Positions 1 to 13,412 are shown, counted from the first letter of the whole stretch. The stretch is 63,575 nucleotides of DNA, filler included, from Chiloscyllium plagiosum (GCF_004010195.1; 5 parts of one record of this genome joined end to end with filler, not necessarily neighbours in it), one strand, 5' to 3'. Program-made: numbers and translations. Notes: generated by a model not told the origin, from the letters alone.

Positions 1-1364
1 AGCAGAGCGGTAGGAAGTTAGAAAAGTAATAATTACTGAATAATTGGAATGGGGTTAACGCTGAAGAAAGAATGAGACGTCTATACAGCCTGTTTAACAT
101 GTTCAGTCTGTTCTAGTAGTCAATCCAATCAAAGCTAGACTTAGATTTCATATCCAGTTTCCTGTGCAATCCACATATCCCGTGACTCCCTGAGAAACCA
201 GCAATCTGTGTCTTCCAATCTGAAATGCACTCAATGAGGTTGCATCAACAATCGTCGGGCACAGAGAGTATTAAAGACTCAGAGGCCTTAGAGTTAATCG
301 CTCTCTCTTAATCTCATTCCCAAATAACCTGCCCTTACCCTGAGGGTGTGTCAATAATAACCAAAAGATCTGTAAATGGTGTAAGTTTAACACTGACTTC
401 TCTTCACAGATTCTGTCAGACCTGCTGAGCTTTTCCGCAACTCCTGAGACTGTGTTATCGTGTTTCAGATGCCCAGATCCACAGGATCAATTTCTCACCA
501 TCTACCCTCTGAAGACTGTTCAGAATTTGCTGCATTCAAATGAAATCGTATTTCAAATTTCTCGAATATGGGCACAATTTATTCAAAAGCTCAGCATTGG
601 AGCACGTGGGTTCCAAACAGTGACCTTTATTTTGTGGTTCATTAATGTGTTTGGCTCATTGCCGCTGGATTACCGCGTATTACTCAGATATAATTGTTCT
701 GGCGAAGTTGACGATGAGTTAGTGTCTTAAACTGTTGCCATTAATTTTGTCCAGATAAAGACATAATGATGTAAGGCAGGGAGTTCCAGGATTTCCAACC
801 AAAGGCACTTGTGGAACTGAGACCTTTTTCTGAACCAGGGTGGCGAGTGGCTTGATGTGGCACTGTCAACTGGTGTCCTGTGTATCTGCTGTGCTCAGTG
901 TTCCACGCGATAATACCGTGGTTCTGGAAGCTGCTCTGTGAGGAACTTTGGGGAATTTCTACAATGCATCTTGTCAGTGGTATATTCCACTGTTACTGAG
1001 TGTGGATGGTGGAGACAGAGAATGTTTGTGACTTTGGTGCTGAGCAAGCTGCACTGCAAGTTAATTCTACCTAATTATGGGGAACATAACTACTTGCCAT
1101 CATCATCAATCCATTTCACAGCTGGATATCCAGTGATTCCACGGATGTGGTGTACAAATCTGTAAGTTGCTCAAATGACCATGATCTTTTCACTAGATTC
1201 ACCTTTTCACGGGTATTATGCTGAGAGACCTCACGCGACTGTTCCACTTTCTCATCAACATTTCATCTGTAAAAACTGGGAACGAGCTGACGGGACACAG
1301 ATTGTGCTGCAGATGGTTAGACACAGCGCAGTGTCAGCTAGTGCACACTGAATCTGTTTGGCTT

Positions 1365-1890
1365 TATGCATGTGTTTCCCTGAATGTGTGTGTGCATTAT
1401 CGTGTGTTCCTGTCTTTGTGATTCTGTGTGCGTCTACCCATCTATCTCTGCCTGACTATCTGTGCTTATGTGAGTGTGTTTGTGTCTCATTGTGTGTATG
1501 AGTGTGTGTCTCCATGTTTATGTATCTCTGGGTCTGTACCTCTGTGCAACGGGCTCTCTGTTATTTTTGGGATTGTAACAATTGAAATGTGGTTTAAACC
1601 CCAATATTTCTGTGCCTCTGACTATTCCTCTTGGGCTTGAAGTGATACATTGCTTTTTGTTATGTTTGAACGTATGTATGTGTGTGTGTGTGTGTGTTTT
1701 ATGCCTGTCTCTGTGTGTGTGTGACAGACGGAAATACGTACAGATACTCAGACGCAATCACATATACAGAGAGATGTGCAAAGACACATACAGACAGAAG
1801 CACACATATCGACTTAAAGAGATACACGTGCACATACAGTCACACAGACATACACACACAAGAGCACAGATGTTGATGGAGACAGCACAA
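1365..1890. repeat. Degenerate TG-rich then CA-rich low-complexity tract
   Basis: Runs such as tgtgtgtgtgtg (1677-1696) followed by cacacagaca-type runs; these explain the Cys/Val and His/Thr-rich ORFs. Confidence 0.85.
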
Positions 1891-3271
1891 GTGATACAAT
1901 TAGAATTTCTTGTTCCTAAAACTAAATGAGAAATTAATAGATTTTTGGATTGTTGACTTTACAGGAAATTTGTCCATAATTTTGTCTGGACAGCTGCGCC
2001 TTTAACATGTTTTTGAATGAAATAAGAAAAAGGTGATTTAGTTAGTAGAGTGCGAGGTTAATGTTGAATGGATGAAAGCAATTTGAATCGATGAATCTAT
2101 TTTATCATCCCTGCGTTTTCCAGTCATTCCAAAATGGCCGCTGATGATTCTGAATTGGGTCGACGTGCTGTCTTGTTCCAAGATGATGAATTAGGAATTG
2201 AGAACCTGGAGGATATTTCTATTAGAATCAATACCGATCATTGGAAAAGTCCACTTCCATAGGAAAGGGGACTTTGGAATTGCTGTTAGATCTTCAGCAC
2301 TTCGAAGACCACCCAACAAAGAACAATGAAATACAAAATTAAACAGATTGTAATCCACTGGCCTTCTTTAAAAGTTTCAAATTAACAATACAACATATTT
2401 TGATGATGTTGTTTGTTGTAACTATTTTATTATACACATCACTAGGAAACCTAATGTGAATTCAGATATATTGTCCTAAAATACAAACGGTGAAATACGT
2501 AAAAGCTTTAAGAAATGCGAAGGTTGCATAACATTGCAAGAAGGGAGAAATAATAAATAGACTGCACTTTTTATAAAAAATGTGCATCATGTATTTTGCA
2601 AGTAAATGCGTTTTTGAAATGGCATTTTAGTTTTCTAAAGGCGAATACATATAAAAAACATTTTTTAAAAAAAGAATTGAGTGTAATTTTGGACTAAAAT
2701 GTGAAAACAGCGACCTTATAAACAGATCGAAAGTGGAGGATAGCTGCAAGGTTTGACAGCAATTCACCTGGTAGTGACCCAATACTTGAAATGTGATTGG
2801 AGATGAACGGAGTTAGACACAGATGCAGCCTTTGTTTGTGACAAGGAGCTCATTGATTATTGGCTACTAGTTCACCACTGACAAAGGCTGTCTGCTACCA
2901 GCAACGATGTGATTGGTTCTCAGGCAACTAAACAGCTTGGGACTCTGAACAAGATACAGGGAAGTCTTCAACTGCTTAGGAGCTCTCTCTGTTCGCGGCA
3001 GTGATAGGTGCTTTAATCCTGAAGAAACCTGTTTTATTTTTGTTCCAGCTGTTCCTATCAGCTCTGCCTTTTTATGAGTGTGTTAGAGACTGTTTGTAAG
3101 TATTAACCAGTCATTCTGCATGGTGTAACTCAATGACAGCCTCCAAGATGCACTGTACAAATTTACCAAGGCTCTAAACAAAGTACATTCCAAAGACATG
3201 ACAACGAAGAAATGGAAGGGCAGGGCAAGCAGATGAATGGGAGGGTTATGACTTGGAGCCAGTGATCAAAC

Positions 3272-4406
3272 CTGGTTAAATGAAGCGGAGAGGACTTTAA
3301 TTTATAACGTCAGGAAGTATGGGTTACAGTGAGATTTGGCGATCTGGATTCATAATTGGCTGGCTGACAGAAGGTAGAGAGTGGTTGTAGATGAAAAATA
3401 TTCTGCATGGAGGACAGTGTTGATTGGGGTCCGGCAGGGCTCTGTTCTTGGGCCTCTGCTCTTTGTAGTTCTTATAAATGACTTGGATGAGGAGGTTGAA
3501 GAATGGTTTAGTAAGTTTGCAGATGGCACTAAGGTTGCAGGTATCGTCGACAGTATAAAAGGCTGCAGCGTGACATAGATAGGATGCAGATCTGGGCTGA
3601 GACATGGCAGATGGAGTTCAACCTGGATAAACGCGAAGTGATGCATTTTTGAAGGAGGAACACGAATGCTGAATATAAGATTCAAGACAGGATCATTCGC
3701 AGTGTGGAGGAGCAGAGGGATCTGGGTATTCAAGTACATAGATCCCTCAAAGTTGCCACCCAAGTGGATAGGGTTGTTAAGAAAGCATATGGAGTATTGC
3801 CTTTCATTAAGGGGGATTGAGGTTAAGAGCTGCGAGGTTTTGCTGCGGCTCTACAAGTCCCTGGTGAAACCACTCTTTGAATATTGTGTCTAGTTCTGGT
3901 CGCCCTACTCTCGGAAAATGCAGAGGCTTCGGAGAAATCGCAAAGAAGGTTTACCAGGATGCTTCCTGGACTGGAGGGCTAGACTTATGAAGAAAGTTGG
4001 AATAAGCTCTGACTTTTCTCTCTGGAGAGAAGGAGGAAGAGAGGAGACCTGATCGAGGTATAGAAAATAATGTGTGGAATAGATACAATCAATAGAAGAG
4101 ACTTTTCCCCCGGATAGGATTGACTGGTATGAGAAGTCATAGTTTGAACATATTAGAAGGAAGGTATAAAGGAAATGTCAGAGGGTGGTTCTTTACGCAG
4201 AGAGTTGGGAATGCATGGAATCGGTAACCAGCTGTGGTCATGGAAGAAGAATCATTGGGGACATTGGTGCGACTCCTGGACATGCACATGGATAGCAGTG
4301 AGTTGAGAGGTGCGTAGGTTAAGTTACTATATTTGACATTAGGATTAAATCTCGTGGGCCAAAGGGCCTGTTCTGTGCTGTACTTTTCTATGTTCTATGT
4401 TCTATG
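3272..4406 (+). mobile_element. CR1-clade LINE, 5'-truncated, decayed RT C-terminus and 3' UTR
   Basis: GVRQGSVLGPLLF..INDLD..SKFADGTK RT motifs; ends in gggcctgttctgtgctgtac plus a (ttctatg)n tail. Confidence 0.92.
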
Positions 4407-4789
4407 AGTGCATACACTTGGTATATCTAAAGTTAAAGTGTCAACCTGGTGAAGCTACGACACAGAAATTGTTGCATGCCAGAAACCATAAGAAGCAACG
4501 GATAGACAAGGGTAACTGACTTCAGCACTCACGGATCAGACATAAACTCTGCAATCCTGCCAGCTCCCATCATAAATGATGCGGGACAATATAATAAATC
4601 ATTTCTTTCACATGAAGGTCGAGGCTAAGGGAGACTAAATAGATCCTTTCGAAATTATGACAGGCATGGAAGTAATGGATAATGGAAGTCTTTTACACAG
4701 ACCACAGGAGACATAGGTTGAAGGTGTTATCGAGCAGACCAGACCCAGACGTATGGTATGCAGATCGATTTTGCTTGTTTTATGATAGT

Positions 4790-5515
4790 TATACATTCTG
4801 AGAAACAGTAAAGAATATTGTGTTGCATTCTCTCCAGTACAAATCATACCTTACATAAGGACATCAGTTTAATATAGTTCAACAGCTTTTGAACAGGTGC
4901 AGAAAAGGATCAACTCTATATATGTCAGGTCCATTCATAAGTTTGATAACAGCACGGAAGAAATTGTTCCTGAATCCATTGGTGCGTATTTGCATACATT
5001 TGCATCTTCTGTCCGATGGAAGAGGTTGGGAAACAGCAGTGCGGTGGTGGGAGGGGACTTTGATTGTGTTGGCTGCATTCCTGAAGCAGTGGGAATTCAA
5101 GACTGAGTCAATGGAAGGAAATATGATTTGCACGATGGATTGTGTTAGGTACACGCATCTCTGCAGTACGGCAAGAGCAGTTACCATACGAAGCGTCTGG
5201 ATAGAATGTTTTCTGCAGTGCAATATTAAAATTGATCAGAGTCATTGCCAAAATGCTAAATTTTCTTCCCTGTCTGAGGTGGTAGATGCATTGATGTGCT
5301 TTCTTGGCTGTAGAGTTGACATGGATAGACTGATTGTTTGTGATATTTATTACTCGGAACTTGAATCTCTCCATCACCTCCAAATCAGCACCAATGACAG
5401 AGTCCAATGTGTGTCCTGTAGTCCAATTCCTGAAGTCAATATCCAGTTCCCTTGTTTTGCTGACATTGAGGGAAAGATTCTTGTCTTTACCCCATGTCAC
5501 TAAGCACTATTTCCT
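4790..5515 (-). mobile_element. Rex1/Babar-like LINE, 3' part (split by a PLE insertion)
   Basis: Minus-strand W..DKNLSLNVSKTRELDIDFR...ERFKF motif typical of this RT class. Confidence 0.75.
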
Positions 5516-5518
5516 GTA

Positions 5519-6710
5519 GGAGAAAGTGAGGACTGCAGATGCTGGAGATCAGAGCTGAAAAATGTGTTGCTGGAAAAGCGCAGCAGGTCAGGCAGCATCC
5601 AAGGAGCAGGAGAATCGACGTTTTGAGCATAAGTCCTTCTTCATGAATGAGGAGGGTGTGCCAAACAGGCTAAGAGAAAAGGTAGGGAGGAGGGACATGG
5701 GGAGGGGCGTTGGGAATGCGTAGGTGGAAGGAGGTTAAGGTGAGGGTGATAGGCAGGAGAAAGGGTGGGGGCGGAGAGGTCAGGAAGAAGATTGCAGGTC
5801 AAGAAGGCAGTGCTGGGTCCGAGGGTTGGCACTGAGATAAGGTGGGGGGAGGGGAAATGAGGAAGCTGGAGATATCTGCATTCATCTCTTGTGGTTGGAG
5901 GGTTCCTAGGCGGAAGATGAGGTGCTCTTCCTCCAGGCGTCTGTTGCCATGGTCTGGCGATGGAGAAGGCCAAGGACCTGAATGTTCTTGGCAGTGTGGG
6001 AAGGGGAGTTAGAGTGTTCAGCCACAGGGCGGCTGGGTTGTTTGGTGCAGGTGTCCCAGCGTGTTCTCTGAAATGTTCCGCCAGTAAGCGGCCTGTCTCC
6101 CCAATGTAGAGGAGGCCACATCCGGTGCAGTGGAAGCAGTAAATGTTGTGTGTGGAGGTGCAGGTGAATTTGTGACGGACATGGGAGGAGCTCTTGGGGC
6201 CTTGGAGGGAAGTGAGGGGGAGGTATGGGCGCAAGTTTTGCATTTCTTGATGTTGCAGGGGAACGTGCTGGGAGTAGAGGTTGAGTTGGTGGGGGTTGTG
6301 AAACTGACGAGGGAGTCGCGGAGGGAGTGGTATTTCCAGAACGCTGGTAGGGGAGGGGAGGGAAACATGTCCTTGGTGGTGGGGTCTGTTTGGAGGTGGC
6401 AGAAATGACGAAGGATGATACGATATCTGGAGGTTGGTGGGGTGGTAGGTGAGGACCAGTGGGGTTCGGTCCTCGTGGCGATTGGAGGGGCGGTGTTCAA
6501 GGGCGGAAGAGCGGAAAGTGGAGGAGATGCGGTGGAGAGCATCGTTAACCATGTCTGAGGGGAGATTGAGGACTTTGAAGAAGGAAGCCATCTGGGTTGT
6601 TCGGTATTGGAATTGGTCCACCTGGGAGTAGATGCGGTGGAGGTGAAGGAATTGGGAATATGGGATGGCGTTTTTACGGAGGGCAGGGTGGGAGGAGGTG
6701 TAATCTAGGT
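5519..6710 (-). mobile_element. Penelope-like element (Neptune-type), 3' portion with GIY-YIG endonuclease and terminal repeat
   Basis: FPCNIKKCKTC Cys linker; IYCFHCTGCGLLYIGETGRLLAEHFREH GIY-YIG motif; terminus gagaaagtgaggactgcagatgctgg with a degenerate hammerhead core. Confidence 0.9.
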
Positions 6711-6712
6711 CG

Positions 6713-7170
6713 GTTTTGAGACCTACCCACTATCGTGGTGTCATTAGTAAATCTGTAAATGGAGTTAGACCTGAATTTGGCGGTACACTCATAAGAGGGC
6801 AAGAAATATTGAAGGGGGCTGAGTACACAGTCTTGAAGGGCACCAGTATTGCGTATTATTGAAGAGGAGGAGTTTCCAACTATCCTCATTCATTGTGATC
6901 TGCAGGTTAGAAAGTTAAATATCCAGTTCTCGATGTGAGGAAAGTCCTAGGACTCAGAAATGTCGATGAGTCTTGTTGGCATTAGGGTCTTAAAGGCAGA
7001 GCTAAAGCCAATATACAGAAGTCTGATGTAGGTGTCCTTGTTATCCAGATGTTCCAGAGATGAATGAAGTGCCAGAGAGATGGGGTCTGCATGGATCGAT
7101 TACGATCGTGGCGAATTATCGAGGACCTCAGCAATCTGGGAGTTAATGTTTACCATTCCTAACCTCTTAA
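6713..7170 (-). mobile_element. Rex1/Babar-like LINE, RT core (continues 4790-5515)
   Basis: NTGALQDCVLSPLQY..YECTAK..SNSIYRFTNDTTIVG resembles GAPQGCVLSPLLY..KFADDTTVVG. Confidence 0.78.
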
Positions 7171-7776
7171 AGCACTTCATAGATGAGATCGGCCATGATT
7201 GTATTAAAAATCGGAGCAGGTTCGAGGAGCCGAATTCCAGACTCATGCTCCTATTTCTTGTGTTCATTTGTTCTTTACAGCTCAGAGGGAAACATGTTAA
7301 CGAATGGTCCTGGCAGACAATGAAGATCCACACACACAAATCCCATTTCTCGGCTATAAGCCCATCATCCTGAAGGTTTCAGCAATGCATGGGATTATTG
7401 AAATACCACACACGTAATATGAATGCTTATGATTCAAACATTCATCCTGGTAATGATAGTGTGTGAGACTTTATGTTCTTCTGGGTGTCTGGTAACCGAC
7501 TGTAAAATGAACCTCAGCAGGAACTGCAAAGAGGAGTGTATCAGAGTAAGGAGCACAAGCAGTCCAAGAGCTGCAAATGTTGTTAGGAAGAGGGCCACCT
7601 GCACAAGAACTACCCAAGACAAGGGAGGGGGGGCCTGGGAGTGAGGGTGTCGATCCAATATTACCAGAAATGTTAACGTGAGTTGATCAATTAATGAATT
7701 AATTAAAATTTGATGAAGAAATGTATCTGACTCTCTCTGTCACTGTCTGTCCCTCTTTTTTAAAAAGTGATAAAAT

Positions 7777-7793
7777 GCCGCCCTCTGCTGGCC
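7777..7793 (-). promoter_or_regulatory. CTCF-like motif
   Basis: Minus strand GGCCAGCAGAGGGCGGC fits the CTCF core consensus; motif match only. Confidence 0.5.
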
Positions 7794-7894
7794 TCCCAGT
7801 GTCACTGTACAAGCAGCAGATTTTTTCTCTCTGGGACAGTTTGCTCCTGTCCCTGTACATTCTTTTATTTCTGACAGTCTCATAATGCCCTGAA

Positions 7895-7999
7895 TGACGC
7901 AAAGGCGCAGGCGGCTGCGCAGTGACGTCACAAAAAGAATGGCCACAACCAGCGTGGAAAGTCTGACAACGAGGAAGGGAGAGGAGGCAACAGGTGACT
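7895..7999 (+). promoter_or_regulatory. Promoter-like motif cluster (CRE, NRF1-like) with a possible splice donor
   Basis: TGACGCAA 7895, GCGCAGGCG 7905, TGACGTCA 7923-7930, CAG|GTGACT near 7993; locally CpG-rich. Confidence 0.35.
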
Positions 8000-8359
8000 C
8001 GTGCCAGGGCCGTGTGGTGAGGGAGAGCGATCCCCTCTGGCCGCTACGAGAGGAACCAGCAACCACTTTCTGAATGAAAGCAACTAGATATTTTTGGAGA
8101 ATTAGGTCATTTAATCTCATTTCATCATTCCGTAACAAGGCAGCACCACTCCCTGAAATATTTCAATACTATCGTACAGGAAATGTGTAAATGTAAGGAA
8201 CCACAGAACTATGAAAAAGTTTAACATTGTTGCTTGGACAGAATTTCAGCAGTGGCCCTGTTTTCTGCCTCCCTCCATTTTCAAATCGAAAAGTTACATT
8301 TGTTGCTTTCGAGTTTAAATGAACCTTCTTTGAATTTAATCAATGCAGAAAACAAAAGA

Positions 8360-8520
8360 AGTGGGAGAGCAATAGTGATAAGGGGATTGCATTGTTCGGG
8401 CATCAGGCAGATGTCTGTGACAGTGCAGATGCGACACCAGGTAGCACGCTGCCTCCCTGGTTGCAGAGTCTGGGATGTCACTGAGTGGCTGAAGGACAGT
8501 CTGAAAAGGATACGAGCAAA
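8360..8520 (+). mobile_element. CR1 ORF1 esterase-domain remnant
   Basis: RAIVI.G...RCLPGCRVWDV resembles the CR1 ORF1 motifs RAIVIGDS..CLPGARVxDV. Confidence 0.65.
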
Positions 8521-9802
8521 TATAAGATGTGGCAGCGGATGGAGCCTTGAAAACAGTGCATAGGAAGCTGTGAGATCAATTGACAACACACACACACACA
8601 CACACACACGCAGTAATTCTCTTGTTATCCAAGAGGGTTCCCATTTTCAACGAAAATAGATATATTCCAGAACTAACTCACAGAGTTCTTTACTGGATTG
8701 TTTCTGTTCAGTTTGGATTCAAAATTAGATTCCTGATTCGTAACATCCCCATGGACAATTATCCTCAACCCATGGGCTATGTCCTGCTAACAAAAACTGC
8801 ATTTGATTCCAATACCGTATGTTGTTTGATACAGGAACCTTTCTGTGTCGAGGGGATTGAGTCTTGAGTCCGACCCAGGTGTGTGAATGTCCTGTTTATC
8901 TGACATCCAGGATTGTTTAATGAAGCTTTGATGTTTGGAAATCCCGATGTTATTTTTTTTACAGTCCCTTAGTAGAACTGTATTGATTTTCAGTCAAGTA
9001 CTTCTTTAATCTGGATCTTATTAATTGATTCAACATCATTGTCCACAACCTTGGACACAAATCGGGAGAGTTATAGTGATGGCGTCACCACATATTGGGA
9101 CAGTTTGGCAATTATGACCAGGACTTGGGCCGAGGGAGATAAAGACGTTTTACTGTGATCGTACAGGAGGTATGGACACCATGAAGCATTTCCAAAATGA
9201 TAACGGATGAATGTGGCAATTCACAGATATTCTGGGCGAGCAGAGCGAAACAGGCAGACACACTGAATAAGGAACAGAGAGTGACAGAAGGATTTTAAGA
9301 TTTTCAAAAGGCATCTGCTCAAGTCAGTCTTAATCCAAAAACTGAGTATATTATTGGTGAAACTAGTTTACAAGTAAATTGTGAAGTGGAAGTAAGCTGC
9401 TGTCACACAGATCGTTGTAGCAATGGTAAGTTAATGGGCAAAGCCCTGCCTTACAATACAAAGTGGAGAGTGTCAGGGAGAATCGACAGACAGTTTAGTT
9501 TAAATGGGGAAATGTTATAGGACTCTGACGTAGAGAGGGATCTGTGTGTCCTGGGATATTAAAACACATTGAGTTAATCTGCAGGGGCAGGAAGGTATTA
9601 GCAAGGCAAAGGAATGAAGTTTTCGTTTGTTCATCGGACGTGAGCATCACTGGCTGGGCTCAGCATTTAGCCTTCATTCCCATCAGCCCTTGAGAAGATG
9701 GTAGTGAACTGCCTTATTGAACTGATGTACTCCATAAAACTTTATTTTTGGAGAAACTGCAGCTTTTTGTATTCCCAGTCCCAATTTTAAACTTAACTGT
9801 TT

Positions 9803-10055
9803 GGGTGGCACAGTGACTCAGTGGTTAGCATTGCTGCCTCAGATTTCCAGGGACTCGTGTTTGATTCCAGTATCGTGCGACTGTAAATGGATTTTGTAAG
9901 TTCTTCCCGTGTTTGCGTGGGGTTCTTTCGGATGGTCTGGTTTGCTTCGATATGTGCAGGTTAAGTAATATTGGCCATGCTAAATTGCCCATAGTGATCA
10001 GACATGTGAAGGTTAGGTGCATGAGTCAGGGAAATGTACAGTGATAGGGCAGGGG
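9803..10055 (+). mobile_element. HE1-type V-SINE (decayed)
   Basis: tRNA-derived head gggtggcacagtgactcagtggttagcattgctgcctca; core attggccatgctaaattgcccatagtg. Confidence 0.85.
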
Positions 10056-10204
10056 AATTTCCACCGCAGGGATTATATATTCATTTACTCTAGTCTGAGT
10101 GCGAGACTGGAATTCCATGTGTTGTCAGTAAGCTGATGTACAGCAGAACAAAGTCTCTAAGCTCATTGACGGGAGCAATTCGTAGAACAGGGAGAGAATA
10201 GGGA

Positions 10205-10410
10205 AAAAACAAATTGCTGAAAAAAGCTCAGCAGTTTTGGCAACATCTGAACAGAGAATCCAGAGTTACCATGTCGTATCCGGTCACCGTTTATCTGAGC
10301 CAGACCTGAAACTTTAACGCTGATTTCTCTTCACAGATGCTGCCAGACCTGCTGAGGTTTTTCAGTAACGTTTGGTATTGTTTCTGATTGACAGCATCTG
10401 CAGTTCTTTC
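10205..10410. mobile_element. Palindromic non-autonomous element made of PLE-type termini
   Basis: Inverted arms aaaaagctcagcag...catctg and cagatgctgccagacctgctgaggttttt; related copies at about 362-485 and 53170-53270. Confidence 0.6.
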
Positions 10411-11964
10411 AGATTGTATTTAGGTAATGAATGGAGTTAAGTTCAGAGTAAAGCTGTTTGTGCACTTCAGCTTTTCTAACTCACAGGCCATGTTCACCGT
10501 GGAATTAGATAATGACGAAGTCAACCCCTGTCCCCACACTGTCCCTATCAAATGCACTTATCATAGTTATATCACTGGTTTATAGGCAGAATACATTTCC
10601 CTGTACACTTTCTCCACTAAACCGCCCAGGGTCCGTGAAAAATAGGGTTACATACAATGTACAGATGTGTCCACAAACACTCTCGTGTCAGGGGAAGCTC
10701 TATGTTAGATGACAGAGTAAAGCTGCCTCTACAGTGTCTATCGCAAACTCTTACATAGCTCATACGCACAGACACACTGTCATGCAGTCACACATGTTCA
10801 GTGACACGCACAGTAGAGCATTGCCAACTCCCGATCTCAGAACATCACACTCGAACACAACCTCTCACTCAGCCAATTTCAGCCACCAACTCTCAGTCAA
10901 TCAGTCACAGACACCTCAAAGCCACACTCGCTCATTCACATACACAGTTACTCTTTCACAAATGTATACTAATGATACACAATCCGAGAGGCTTGCTTAA
11001 TGGTAAATCAATTTCTTTATTTTTAGAGAACACAAAATTTGAAGACAAATTACGTCAGGCTGGTCCTTGATAAATGCCTGTTATCTGGATAAAATACATC
11101 TTACTCCATGCTAAACCTCTGACAGATTCTGAACAAGACCACGGACCTACAATTCAGTAGCTGACCTGTCATATTCCTATCGTATTTTCCTCTTGAAATT
11201 TGGAACGTTAGACAGACTTTTAAAAATCTCAGTGCACGGACATTAAAAGGTTTCTGGAATTTGCATCTTAATCAATGGAAACTTTGAAACAGCGTTCTCC
11301 ATATCCTGGTTTTACAGTTTAATTTACAAATTAACATTTCTACAATGTAGGAATGTATGAATGAAAAAAAAAGCTTTTCACACATTTGCCCCTCACCTGT
11401 GCTGACAGAATTCAGACTCAAACTGAAGCTTCTCTGCTCCTGCATCCAGTTTACCATTGTACCATTTGGTTTAGATTATCCCTCCTCTAACATCGAAATT
11501 GCATCGATTCACATCCCAGTTTATTTCATCTGCAGGAGGTCGAGAGATGAAAATGTATAAAGTGTACGATGTGTTTTACTCTGCCAAAGCAGGACAAATG
11601 ATTCCAAAAGTGTCAGTAGCCATTATAGGTTTGTTTCAGGTCGCCATTCCATGTCAGCACAGCGTTGACAGCGACTTTATAAACAGGAAAAGGCAAGAAC
11701 GGGTTGGGGACTTGGGAGTCCATTTGCAAAGGAATGCAGCGTAGATTCACAGAACTATAGTTGGACGGCACGGGTTCAATGGCCAAGGAAATGACACAAG
11801 CCCAGGGCTATGTCCCTGGAATTCTGAATGCTTTAAAATGATGAAAGTTTGAGAGTCAATGACAGGAACTGCAGGATTAGATAGGGAGAAAATATCGTTG
11901 TTGCTTCTGGAGTCTATAACTAGGTTCAATGTCGAGTAATCTAACAATAGACTGGAACTCTTTG

Positions 11965-12238
11965 AAAACTCAGGGCAGGTTCAGCATGAGGTTAGGTTTT
12001 GTTTAAATCACCCGACACTGTCCCCAGCAGTCTCTCACAGAAAAGCATCGGCATAGGGTTAACTATAGATTAAAGCCCAATTACACTGTTCCCATCAACC
12101 ACTCCCAGGATAGGAACAGCACTGAGTTAGAGAAAGAATAAAGCTCTCTTTACATTTTCCACATCAAACTCTCCCAGGACAGGGACAATACTGTGCCAGA
12201 TAGTAAACAACACATCGTTCATATAACCAGAAAATGAC
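11965..12238 (-). repeat. Degenerate copies of the ~70-bp satellite seen at 49120-49650
   Basis: taaagctctctttacattttccacatcaaactctcccaggacagggaca is a reverse-complement match to that unit. Confidence 0.7.
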
Positions 12239-12338
12239 NNNNNNNNNNNNNNNNNNNNNNNNNNNNNNNNNNNNNNNNNNNNTTAATTAATTAANNNNNN
12301 NNNNNNNNNNNNNNNNNNNNNNNNNNNNNNNNNNNNNN
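12239..12338. other. Artificial contig spacer N44-TTAATTAATTAA-N44
   Basis: The identical 100-bp spacer recurs four times; the 12-mer gives stops in all six frames. Confidence 0.97.
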
Positions 12339-12535
12339 CCTGTTCCCTCTCCTACCCAACTCCTCCTACTCTCTCCTCCCATCCCTCCTCCTATTCTCAC
12401 CCAGCGTTCCCAGCTCCCTCCTACCCCCCATCACTTACAGCCCTCTCTCCACCCCTTCTTTCCTCTGCCCTGCCTCTTTCCTCAATCCCTTTATCCCTGC
12501 ACATCCCCCTCCTCCACCCTCTCTTCTCCCCCTGT

Positions 12536-12861
12536 CTCCTCGCCTCTCCCTCCCCCTCCCCTCCCCACTCTCCCTCCCCATGTCTCACTTTGAAAGATGA
12601 GGCATACAAAGTGGTCAAAAACAGCATGAAACTGGAAGATTGGGAAAGCTTTAACGGTCAAAAGAAAGCTACAAAAAGATATAAAGAACCGTAGGAAACT
12701 CCTCGCCTCTCCCTCCCCCTCCCCTCCCCACTCTCCCTCCCCATGTCTCACTTTGAAAGATGAGGCATACAAAGTGGTCAAAAACAGCATGAAACTGGAA
12801 GATTGGGAAAGCTTTAACGGTCAAAAGAAAGCTACAAAAAGATATAAAGAACCGTAGGAAA
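12536..12861 (+). repeat. Perfect 163-bp tandem duplication
   Basis: 12536-12698 and 12699-12861 read as identical. Confidence 0.9.
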
Positions 12862-13400
12862 GAACAGGAGAGAAAAGATGCATCACAGAATTTATAAACA
12901 GATAGCAGAACTTTCAATGAAAACGTTAAATGAAAAAGACTGGCTAAGGTAAATGTTGGTCCTTCAGAGGATGAGAAGGGGCATATAGTTAAGGGATGGG
13001 ATGAAATGACTGAGGCACTGAACAGGTATTTTGTATCGGTCTTCACAGTGGAGTGCACTAATAACATGCCGGTGATTGACAAAGAGATGGAGTCGGTGAG
13101 GACCTGGAAACAAACATTATTACGGAACGCTAGTGTTGGGCAAGCTCATGGAGCTAAGGCTAGACAAGTCTCCTGTCCTGGTGTAATGCATCCCAGGGTG
13201 CTAAAAGAGACAGCGCGGGATAGAACAGGTGCACTGTGAGTCATTTTCCAAATTTGCTAGACTATGGGATATTTTCAGCAGATTGGAATACAGTGTTTAA
13301 AAAGAAATGTAGACAAAAGATGGGGAAGTATAGATCAGTTAGCGTAACATTTGTAGTAGGGGAAATGCTTGAGTCTCTTATCAAGGAAGAAAGAGCAAGG
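12585..13400 (+). mobile_element. CR1 LINE ORF2 fragment
   Basis: MTEALNRYFVSVFTVE, MHPRVLKE, YRSVSVTFVVGEMLESLIKE motifs. Confidence 0.85.
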
Positions 13401-13412
13401 CATTGCTGGATC

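Noticed and set aside
653..721. Possible tRNA-Trp remnant
   Set aside because: Only taccgcgtattactcagat resembles the consensus; no convincing T arm.
2134..2262. Short ORF MAADDSELGRRAVLFQDD... with a good start context
   Set aside because: About 42 codons with no recognisable homology or exon support.
11725..11790. Possible tRNA-Gly remnant
   Set aside because: Needs several gaps to align; cannot be separated from chance by eye.
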